64,000 nucleotides of DNA from an uncultured Candidatus Saccharibacteria bacterium. GTDB lineage: Bacteria; Patescibacteriota; Minisyncoccia; Minisyncoccales; CAZVLR01. The stretch's first letter is position 1. Every line of letters begins with the position of its first letter. The stretch is from positions 56,777 through 120,776 of the forward strand of contig CAZVLR010000001.1 of the NCBI GenBank assembly GCA_964628095.1. Reading direction: 5' to 3'. The position numbers and the translations under genes were made by a program. The notes beneath the pieces were generated by a model. That model was not told the DNA's origin. It searched no databases and was given only the letters and a program-made list of their open reading frames with translations. Shown in pieces: positions 8,799-16,474 of this stretch.

Positions 8799-9821
8799 AT
8801 GCCTGCCAAAGAAGCCCATCTTTACCAAAAATTAACTAATAAGAACGTTCTTTGCCGAAACTGCGCCCATTACTGCAAAATAGTTCCTGAAACCAGGGGC
8901 CTTTGCGGCGTCCGCGAAAACATTAAAGGAAAGCTATATACTTTAAACTACAACCTGGTTGCGGCTTTGCATGTTGACCCGATTGAAAAAAAGCCATTTT
9001 TCCATTTCCTTCCCGGCACCCAAACGCTTTCAGTGGCTTTGGCCGGCTGTAATTTTAAATGCGACAACTGCCAGAACTGGGATATTTCCCAATCGCCCAG
9101 CCTTGATAAAAAAATCGAAGGTGAAAAAATACTGCCCCAAAAGATTGTTAAAACCGCCCTGGAAAAAAACCTGCCCAGTATTTCCTATACCTATACCGAA
9201 CCGACTATTTTCTCCGAATACGCGCTCGAAACCATGAAGCTGGCCAAAGAAAACAATATAAAAAACTGCTGGGTAAGCAACGGCTATTTATCGCCAGAAT
9301 TATTGAATTCAATCTCCCCGTATCTCGATGCCATTAATATTGATTTAAAATCCTTTTCCGACGACTTCTATTTAAAAAACTGCGGCGCCCGGCTTCAGCC
9401 GGTTTTAAACACCTTAAAAGCCATGAAACAAAAAGGCGTTTGGGTGGAAATAACCACCTTGGTAATCCCTGGATTAAACGACACCCGCGCGGTTTTTGAA
9501 AACATTGCCAAGTTTATCAAAAATAATTTGGGAACAGGAATCCCTTGGCATCTCAGCCAGTTTTCGGGCGCCCCTTCCTGGAAATTAAAAAACATCATTG
9601 AAACCCCCGTAGAAACCCTAAAACTAGCCTATCAAATCGGGAAAAAACACTGCTTAAAGTACGTTTACACGGGCAACGTACCGGGCTTGCCCACAGAAGA
9701 CACTTTTTGCCCAAATTGCGGCCAACTGGCTGTTGACCGAACCCCCTATGGCATTAAACGCTACGATAAAAAAGGAAAATGCGAAAAATGCGGGGCCGAT
9801 TTAAAATTAATTTTAGAATAG
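8799..9821 (+). CDS. AmmeMemoRadiSam-system radical SAM enzyme
   Basis: N-terminal CxxCxxxC...CGVREN, DPIEKKP, CNFKCDNCQNWDISQ, YTYTEP, C-terminal CPNC/CEKC. Confidence 0.9.
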   Translation: MPAKEAHLYQKLTNKNVLCRNCAHYCKIVPETRGLCGVRENIKGKLYTLNYNLVAALHVDPIEKKPFFHFLPGTQTLSVALAGCNFKCDNCQNWDISQSPSLDKKIEGEKILPQKIVKTALEKNLPSISYTYTEPTIFSEYALETMKLAKENNIKNCWVSNGYLSPELLNSISPYLDAINIDLKSFSDDFYLKNCGARLQPVLNTLKAMKQKGVWVEITTLVIPGLNDTRAVFENIAKFIKNNLGTGIPWHLSQFSGAPSWKLKNIIETPVETLKLAYQIGKKHCLKYVYTGNVPGLPTEDTFCPNCGQLAVDRTPYGIKRYDKKGKCEKCGADLKLILE

Positions 9822-9836
9822 CGATGAATAAATTTT

Positions 9837-10394
9837 ATGAAGCAAGAAGTTGAAATACAGGTTAAAATTAAAAATCCAAGCGAAGTGGAAAAAAATATAA
9901 GAAAAATTGGTAAATTCAGAAACATCAAAAAACAGATTGATAAATATTTTGTTCTGCCCCAGCGCAATTTTTTTTCTAAAAACCCGCCTATTGAATATTT
10001 AAGAATTAGATACGAAAAAAACAAAAATCACTTAAATTATTCTTTTTTGCACTTTGACGAATCGGGCTGGCTAAAAGCGACCGACGAATATGAAACTATT
10101 ATTGAAAAACCAGAAACCGTTGAGAAAATATTTAAAAAAATCGGCCTTATTTTAACGGTAACGGTGGCAAAAGAAAGAAAATATTTTGATTACGGTAATT
10201 TTGAAATAACCCTTGATAAAGTAAAGGGGCTGGGTAATTTTATGGAAATAGAGGCGAAGAAAAATCTGTCCTCTCTTAAAAAAACAAGAGAGTCTTGTTT
10301 TAAATTATTAAAAAGCTTACGGATTGAATATATTCTCAAAAAAGATTCTGGCTATCCCCGCCTGCTTTATCAAAAATTAAAAAGTAAAAAGTAA
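9837..10394 (+). CDS. CYTH domain protein (class IV adenylate cyclase-like/triphosphatase)
   Basis: EVEIQVK, YLRIR, EYET, LDKVKGLGNFMEIE. Confidence 0.85.
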   Translation: MKQEVEIQVKIKNPSEVEKNIRKIGKFRNIKKQIDKYFVLPQRNFFSKNPPIEYLRIRYEKNKNHLNYSFLHFDESGWLKATDEYETIIEKPETVEKIFKKIGLILTVTVAKERKYFDYGNFEITLDKVKGLGNFMEIEAKKNLSSLKKTRESCFKLLKSLRIEYILKKDSGYPRLLYQKLKSKK

Positions 10395-10398
10395 ATTA

Positions 10399-11853
10399 AT
10401 GATTTTTGCGAGTTTTGAATTTTTAGTTTTTTTTATTATCGTTCTGGCTTTAAACTGGATATTAAAAATATGGCCGCTCTGGTGGCGGCTTTTTCTACTG
10501 GGCGCCAGCTATTTTTTCTACGCCTTTTGGGATGTTAAATTTCTTCTGGTGTTACTCCTTGTTTCTCTTTTTAATTATTATTGGGCTTTTTTAATAGAAA
10601 AATCGAAAGAGGAAAAAAAGAAAAAGATTGTTTTAGCCGCTTCCATAATCATTAATGTGCTGGTTTTGACGCTTTTTAAGTATTACGGCTTTTTCCGCGA
10701 TTCGGCCGAAGCTCTTTTGAATAAATTCGGCTTTCAGCCCGACTTTTTACTTTTAAACGTGGTCTTGCCCATCGGCCTGTCTTTTTACATTTTAAGGGTA
10801 ATCTCATACAGTATCGACGTTTTCCATAAAAAAATACTGCCGGAAAAATCTTTTATTGATTTTGCGCTGTATGTGGCCTTTTTCCCCCAGCTGCTTTCCG
10901 GCCCGATTGCCCGGGCTAACGATTTCTTACCCCAATTAAAAGCGGGCGGCGCCCAAAAAATAGAAAATCTTGAGCAAAACTTTGTTTTTATCCTAAGCGG
11001 CCTTTTTAAAAAGCTGGTGATCTCAAGCTATTTAACCTTGAATATCGTCAACGATGTTTTTGCCGTACCCCAGAACCATTCGCAGTTAGCCGCGCTTTTG
11101 GCCATGTACGCTTATGCTTTAGTAATTTATTGCGACTTTTCGGGCTATACCGACATTTCCATTGGCGTGGCCGGCTTAATGGGTTTTAAATCCCCTCTCA
11201 ACTTTAACGCCCCTTATTTGGCCCTAGACTTCCAGGATTTTTGGAGAAGATGGCATATTTCATTTTCCAATTGGCTGAGAGACTATGTTTACATTCCTTT
11301 GGGCGGAAACAGAAAGGGAAAAATTAGAACTAATTTAAATTTGCTGGCCACCATGTTCGTAAGCGGCCTGTGGCACGGTTCGGGCTTAAATTTTATTATC
11401 TGGGGACTGCTCCATGGCTTAGGTTTGATTTTAAGCCGCTTTAAAAACGGCTTTTTGGAAAAATCTAAAAATAAAATAAATCTTAAAATTGAAAAGCTGC
11501 TTTCCTGGTTTATTACTTTTAACCTAATCTGTTTTTTCTGGATCTTCTTTGGCAGCCAGAACCTGCAAAACGCCTTTGATATTATAAGGCAAATCTTTAA
11601 CTTTAAAGCCCTGCCCCAGCCCATCGACCTTTATCTAATCTTAATCATTCCTCTTGCCTTTGTAATTTTCGCCCTGGGCAAATACGTTACCAATTCATTT
11701 GTTTATTTGCTAAGCCTGCAAAAGAAATTTCCTTTTTATATTCGCATTATTACCGGCCCCATTTTCTTAGCGTTAATAATAACCTTATTTGCGATTTTAA
11801 TGATAAAGCTGGGCCCGGACATTGTTCCGCCCTTTATCTATTTTAAGTTTTAA
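10399..11853 (+). CDS. MBOAT O-acyltransferase (AlgI/PatA-like)
   Basis: LPIGLSFY, FFPQLLSGPI, DFSGYTD, FWRRWHISFS, GLWHG. Confidence 0.93.
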   Translation: MIFASFEFLVFFIIVLALNWILKIWPLWWRLFLLGASYFFYAFWDVKFLLVLLLVSLFNYYWAFLIEKSKEEKKKKIVLAASIIINVLVLTLFKYYGFFRDSAEALLNKFGFQPDFLLLNVVLPIGLSFYILRVISYSIDVFHKKILPEKSFIDFALYVAFFPQLLSGPIARANDFLPQLKAGGAQKIENLEQNFVFILSGLFKKLVISSYLTLNIVNDVFAVPQNHSQLAALLAMYAYALVIYCDFSGYTDISIGVAGLMGFKSPLNFNAPYLALDFQDFWRRWHISFSNWLRDYVYIPLGGNRKGKIRTNLNLLATMFVSGLWHGSGLNFIIWGLLHGLGLILSRFKNGFLEKSKNKINLKIEKLLSWFITFNLICFFWIFFGSQNLQNAFDIIRQIFNFKALPQPIDLYLILIIPLAFVIFALGKYVTNSFVYLLSLQKKFPFYIRIITGPIFLALIITLFAILMIKLGPDIVPPFIYFKF

Positions 11854-11857
11854 TCCT

Positions 11858-12808
11858 ATGAAAAGCCCCTGGCAAAGCGTCAAAGTAATAATTATTCTGC
11901 TCCTGGTTCTATCTTTTGTGTTTTTTTACGAATCAAAAAGAATCGAAGCTTTTGCCATTAACATGGAAAACGGTGTTTTGCGCTCTTTAGCTTTAAGCCT
12001 AACCTACGCCTCGCAAAACCTTAAATCGGATCTGGGCTTAAACCCCTATTTTGAAGCCGAAGAAAGATTTTGGCAAAGAATAAAAAACTCGCCCAAGATT
12101 TTTAACGCCCAAGCTCCGGTTCAAATAAATAACGAAGTTCCGCTTGTTAATGAAAACATTGAAATTTTACCCCCGTATAATTTTTTGCTGATCGGCGATT
12201 CCTTTATGGCCGAAGCTTTCGGCCCGGCTCTCGAAAAAGAATTAATTCTTTACAAAAACGTTTTGGTATTCCGCAAGGGCGTATATTCTACCGGGCTTTC
12301 CCGGCCTGATTACTTTGATTGGGAAAAAGAAGTTAAAGATTTGATTTTGCAAAAAAAACCGAATTTGGCCGTTGTAATGTTCGGAGCCAACGACGGCCAA
12401 GACATTAGAACCCAGAACATAATAATACGTTACGGCCAGGAAGAATGGAATATAAATTACGGCCAAAAAGTATCTGCTTTTTTAAAAATCTTAAATGATA
12501 ACAATATCTTTGTTTTTTGGATTGGAAATCCGATTGCCAGGAGCAGCTATTATTCCTCAAAAATGGCCAACCTTAACTCAATCTACGAGGCTGAATGCCA
12601 AAAATCGGTTAACTGCCGCTATGTTTCCACCTGGAGCCTGTTAACTGACAGCCAGGGCAAATATTCGGCCTATTTGCCCGACCAAAACAATAAAAACCGC
12701 CTAGCCCGGGCTAACGATGGCATCCACACCACTTCCTTTGGCAGCCAAATTCTGGTAAAAGAAGTAATAAGGAAAATTAAAGAGAAAATCGGTTTGGAAA
12801 AACTATGA
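11858..12808 (+). CDS. Membrane-anchored SGNH hydrolase/acetyltransferase (DUF459/PatB-like)
   Basis: N-terminal TM, IGDS, STGLSRPDYFDW, GAND, DGIH; start refined to ATG 11858. Confidence 0.85.
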   Translation: MKSPWQSVKVIIILLLVLSFVFFYESKRIEAFAINMENGVLRSLALSLTYASQNLKSDLGLNPYFEAEERFWQRIKNSPKIFNAQAPVQINNEVPLVNENIEILPPYNFLLIGDSFMAEAFGPALEKELILYKNVLVFRKGVYSTGLSRPDYFDWEKEVKDLILQKKPNLAVVMFGANDGQDIRTQNIIIRYGQEEWNINYGQKVSAFLKILNDNNIFVFWIGNPIARSSYYSSKMANLNSIYEAECQKSVNCRYVSTWSLLTDSQGKYSAYLPDQNNKNRLARANDGIHTTSFGSQILVKEVIRKIKEKIGLEKL

Positions 12809-13314
12809 AGATAGCCATTATGTCAGATACCCACGATAATCTGGCCAATTTCAAAAAGGTAATCGCTTTTATAAAAAAAGAAAAGGTTAATCTCACTATT
12901 CATTGCGGCGATGTTTGTTTTGCCGACACTTTAAGGGAAGCCTTAAAAGATTACAAGGGTGATTTTTTAATTTCCAAGGGCAATGGCGATATAGAAAACT
13001 TTTGTTTTGGAAAACTCTGCCCCAAAGAATTCGCCCACGTAAAATTCTTTGAGGATTTCGGGAAAATAACCGCAAACAAGAAAAAGATCGCTTTTACGCA
13101 TATGCCCGAAAAAGCCAAAAAAATGGCTGAATCCCAAAAATATGATTTGGTTTTCTGCGGCCACTACCACAGGCCCTGGGAGGAAAAAATTAAAAAAACC
13201 CGTTTTGCCAACCCGGGAAATGTGGCCGGGCTTTATTACCCCCCGACTTTTGCCCTTTATGATACGACAAACGACAAGCTGGAATTAAAAATCTTAAACC
13301 GGCTAAAAATATGA
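12805..13314 (+). CDS. YfcE-family metallophosphoesterase
   Basis: SDTHDN, HCGD, GNGD, FTH, GHYH, NPG. Confidence 0.9.
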   Translation: MKIAIMSDTHDNLANFKKVIAFIKKEKVNLTIHCGDVCFADTLREALKDYKGDFLISKGNGDIENFCFGKLCPKEFAHVKFFEDFGKITANKKKIAFTHMPEKAKKMAESQKYDLVFCGHYHRPWEEKIKKTRFANPGNVAGLYYPPTFALYDTTNDKLELKILNRLKI

Positions 13315-13790
13315 AGAAAGACGAAAAGAAAGCCAAAAAGCCTTTATCGCCCGAAAAAATAAAAGCAAGGAAAGACGAAGAAACCGCCATCCAGCAGATT
13401 GTTAACCACTACTTTTACACCAAAGGCCTGACTTTGGAACAAATAAAAGAAGATGCTAAAAAGAAAAAGATAATCTACTCGCGCTTTACCCGCCCCGCCA
13501 AGCAGCTTTTGGTTTTAGCCGGCTCGGTAAAAAAGGCCAAAGGCGCCATTGATATTGTGGCCCGCTGGGCCCGATCGCGAAAGCTGGATTACGCCATTGA
13601 AACCGTTTTTAAAAAATGGCTGGAATTGGACAAATTAAAGCCCAAAGAAATCGTTAAAAAGCCCTATTACCAGGGAAACCCCATGATATGGTCGCAAGCC
13701 AAAAGAAAATGGTACGTGATTACACCCGAGAACGACTGGTTAGAGTTTGCGGGAAAAGAAGAAGACCTTGAATGGCGGACGGAAAAGTAG
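13311..13790 (+). CDS. Hypothetical basic protein
   Basis: 159-aa ORF translationally coupled to the upstream gene; no recognised motif. Confidence 0.7.
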   Translation: MKKDEKKAKKPLSPEKIKARKDEETAIQQIVNHYFYTKGLTLEQIKEDAKKKKIIYSRFTRPAKQLLVLAGSVKKAKGAIDIVARWARSRKLDYAIETVFKKWLELDKLKPKEIVKKPYYQGNPMIWSQAKRKWYVITPENDWLEFAGKEEDLEWRTEK

Positions 13791-13810
13791 TATAATACAA
13801 TATCAAAAAT

Positions 13811-14374
13811 ATGCTCACCCATTCAGACCTTAGAAAAGGCGCCTTAATAATTTTAGAAGGCGAACCGTATGAAATATTGGAAGCCCAGCCCATGAAAAAA
13901 GCCCAGAGACGGGTGGTAATTCAGGCGCGCATAAAAAGCCTGATTAGCGGCAGCGTAATCTCCCAAAATTTCCACCAGGGCGACACCTTTGAAGAAGCGG
14001 AAATGATTAAATTTACCGCCAAATTCCTGTACAAGCACCGGGACAAGTTTTTCTTTTGCAAAGAAGACAATCCGGCCGAGCGTTTTGAAATGACCGAAGA
14101 CAAAATCGGCGCCCCGGCCCGATTTTTAAAGCCAAACCAAATCGTCCAAGGACTAATCTTTAATGAAAAGATTATTAACATTGCCCCGCCGATTAAAATC
14201 TCCCTGGAAGTAACCGAAGCGCCGCCGGGCGAACGGGGCGGCCGGGCCCAGGCCGGCACCAAACAAGTGGTGTTGGAAAGCGGGGCTACAATAAACGCGC
14301 CCCTATTCATTGAAAAGGGCGATATTATTGAGCTTAATACCGAAACCGGCGAATACGTAAGAAGAGTTGAATAA
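13811..14374 (+). CDS. efp: Translation elongation factor P
   Basis: DLRKG, PPGERG, KQVVLESGATINAPLFIEKGD...NTETGEYVRR. Confidence 0.93.
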   Translation: MLTHSDLRKGALIILEGEPYEILEAQPMKKAQRRVVIQARIKSLISGSVISQNFHQGDTFEEAEMIKFTAKFLYKHRDKFFFCKEDNPAERFEMTEDKIGAPARFLKPNQIVQGLIFNEKIINIAPPIKISLEVTEAPPGERGGRAQAGTKQVVLESGATINAPLFIEKGDIIELNTETGEYVRRVE

Positions 14375-14380
14375 AAAGAG

Positions 14381-14408
14381 AAAACCGCCCAAGAAGAGCG
14401 GTTTTTTT
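14381..14408. terminator. Bidirectional intrinsic terminator
   Basis: AAAACCGC..GCGGTTTTTTT hairpin between convergent genes. Confidence 0.75.
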
Positions 14409-14413
14409 GATTC

Positions 14414-14917
14414 TTAAGGCTGTAAAATATCCTCTGTTCGGCCGTTAATAGAAATTATTACTTCCTTTACCGTGGGAAATTGGCTTAAAGTCTGGGCTAT
14501 CTCGGCCCTAATGGCCGAAACCCGGCAGGAACCGCCGACTTGAAACTCTAACTCTTCGTTAAAATCTACTTTGGCCGTTCCGTCTTCAACAGTTAAAGAA
14601 TTAATTTTAACTCCAGAATTAATGCTGGTAAAATAGCCTTGAGCTTTCTCTTTTTCTGTGGGGCCCTTTAAAAGCTCTTGGAGAGAGGCCCGGCCGACAG
14701 CTAAAGTTTTAACAATCCTTCTTTCAACCGGAAAAACTTTATTGCAAGAAGCTTCCGGATCCATCTGGCTATTATTGAAAAAAACTTTAACAGTTAAATA
14801 TTCTTCGGGTATAAAATTATTTTCCGAATCTAGCGGGTTTTTAAGCAAATAAAAAACGAGGCAAAGGATGGCCAGTAAAGATAAAACAATTAAAATAGCT
14901 AAATTGGTATTTTTCAT
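14414..14917 (-). CDS. GerMN domain membrane-anchored protein
   Basis: N-terminal TM; ELLKGPT, GGSCRVSAIRAEIAQTLSQFPTVKEVIISING. Confidence 0.88.
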   Translation of the reverse strand: MKNTNLAILIVLSLLAILCLVFYLLKNPLDSENNFIPEEYLTVKVFFNNSQMDPEASCNKVFPVERRIVKTLAVGRASLQELLKGPTEKEKAQGYFTSINSGVKINSLTVEDGTAKVDFNEELEFQVGGSCRVSAIRAEIAQTLSQFPTVKEVIISINGRTEDILQP

Positions 14918-14918
14918 G

Positions 14919-15191
14919 TTATTTATTTTTCCAAAAGTCGTCCGCTTCTTTTTCCATCAAATCCAAACGGGTATAGTAATCAGGAAATTCGTTTAAATGA
15001 GCCAAAGTAATCTTTCCGGTAATAAGCGGATCATCGTTGCTCACGTTAGTATGAGCCTCTCTTGTGCCGTGTTCTAACTCCACATCCAAACCCATGCGAA
15101 ACTGTTCGATATCAAACTTTAACCAATCGATTCCTAGCTTCTCCCCTATTTCTTTAGCTTCTTCGCCAGAAAAGTGTTTATTTGAAGTCAT
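14919..15191 (-). CDS. DUF5661-like small protein
   Basis: EQFRMGLDVELEHG...KITLAHLNEFPDYYTRL. Confidence 0.75.
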   Translation of the reverse strand: MTSNKHFSGEEAKEIGEKLGIDWLKFDIEQFRMGLDVELEHGTREAHTNVSNDDPLITGKITLAHLNEFPDYYTRLDLMEKEADDFWKNK

Positions 15192-15212
15192 ATATTTTTA
15201 TAATTTTATTTA

Positions 15213-15911
15213 TTAAATTGATCTCCTAAAAGTTCCGGCTTTGTAAAGCCATTGGCCAAACTGGCATTCAGAGCTATGCTGGGGCGGTTCGGGCTTCTTT
15301 AACACCGTTACCGCGTCGGTAAATAACTCTAACACGTCTTCGGGATTGGTGTCTATCTCATGCAGCTCTTTTTTAAAGGGCAAACGGTCCTGAAAGCCGT
15401 TTTTCTTATCCACTACGTAAAAGGCCAGATAGCCTTTTCTAGGCGTTTTAAACCCGTTCTTTTCCAATAAATAAGTATAAACATCCATTTGCAGCTGGAA
15501 GCGGTCGTAAACGTTGGGAGCTGAAGATCCCGTTGATTTGTAGTCCAGGGGGGCCAAATCTCCGTTGGCAAACTCCAGCACGTCGTCGACAGCGCCAAAA
15601 AGCGTGGCTTCCAACTGACTGTCATAATGCCGAATGCCTGAAAAATTGCTCCGCCATTGGTTTAAAAGCGATTGATTATGAAAAAGTTTAGCCGGCACTT
15701 GATGCGCGGTTAATAAAGGGTGTGGCTCCCCCGCTGCTCTAAAACTATCAAACTCCTGCTTTAAAAGCACGTCAACGGCCATATTTAAAGCATAGGGAAA
15801 AGGCTGGGGCCGCTTAATGCCCATTTTTTTGTCCAGCCAGAAGCAATGCGGGCATTCTAAGAATAAATTGAGCGAGTTGGGCGATAATTGTATTTTTTGA
15901 GGAAGAGGCAT
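15213..15911 (-). CDS. PD-(D/E)XK nuclease superfamily protein (RecB/Cas4-like, solo)
   Basis: LSPNSLNLFLECPHCFW, GAVDD, LDYKST, QMDVYTYLL. Confidence 0.85.
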   Translation of the reverse strand: MPLPQKIQLSPNSLNLFLECPHCFWLDKKMGIKRPQPFPYALNMAVDVLLKQEFDSFRAAGEPHPLLTAHQVPAKLFHNQSLLNQWRSNFSGIRHYDSQLEATLFGAVDDVLEFANGDLAPLDYKSTGSSAPNVYDRFQLQMDVYTYLLEKNGFKTPRKGYLAFYVVDKKNGFQDRLPFKKELHEIDTNPEDVLELFTDAVTVLKKPEPPQHSSECQFGQWLYKAGTFRRSI

Positions 15912-15925
15912 AATTTTATCAGCTA

Positions 15926-15954
15926 TTGACTTTTTTATTAAAATATGGTATATT
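15926..15954 (+). promoter_or_regulatory. Sigma70-type promoter for the small ORF at 16017
   Basis: TTGACT-17 nt-TATATT with extended TG. Confidence 0.7.
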
Positions 15955-16016
15955 TAAAGTATAAGAATTGAACATTACCAACAATTAAATATTAACCCGA
16001 TTTGGAGGTAAAGACA

Positions 16017-16181
16017 ATGAAGGAAAAAGTAAAAAGCTTTTTTGGCTGGGTATCTGTATTAATATCTGCGTATGCGGTCATCGGCGGCTGGTCGTTTGTC
16101 GCAATAATTAACGGCGCCGATATTCTGTACATCCCCTTCTGGCACGCCCCCTGGAAACTTCTTCTTTCTCTCTTCTCTTAA
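16017..16181 (+). CDS. 54-aa hydrophobic small membrane protein (not in ORF track)
   Basis: MKEKVKSFFGWVSVLISAYAVIGGWSFVAIINGADILYIPFWHAPWKLLLSLFS; GGAGG SD upstream; own promoter and terminator. Confidence 0.72.
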   Translation: MKEKVKSFFGWVSVLISAYAVIGGWSFVAIINGADILYIPFWHAPWKLLLSLFS

Positions 16182-16474
16182 CTTTTACCCCCCCCAATAA
16201 CAAAAGGCTGTTGAAGCAATTTCAACAGCCTTTCTCTTTTAATGTTTGACTATTGTTAGAGCTTTTTATTCAGCGCCGCCCGGGTTTTGGGCCCCACCGT
16301 CCCCACCGGGCTTATTTTATTAGCCCTTTGGAATTTAATTACCGCCTTCCGGGTTAAAACGCCGTAATACCCGCCAATCTTTCCTGAGTAGAATTTCAAC
16401 TTTTTTAAGAGCTCTTGCAGTTTTTTAACCTCTGGACCCTGGTAGTCGGAATAAAGGTACTTGGTAAATTTAAA
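16037..16474. repeat. Direct repeat copy 1 (small-ORF body, terminator, PG-binding domain coding sequence)
   Basis: 16122-16474 reads identical to 20071-20423; 16037-16073 matches 20034-20070 with one substitution. Confidence 0.95.
16202..16240. terminator. Bidirectional intrinsic terminator
   Basis: AAAAGGCTGTTGAA-gcaat-TTCAACAGCCTTTCTCTTTT; duplicated at 20151-20189. Confidence 0.85.

Noticed and set aside
8799-9821. Complete AmmeMemoRadiSam system
   Set aside because: Only the radical SAM component is present; AMMECR1 and Memo partners are not in this window.
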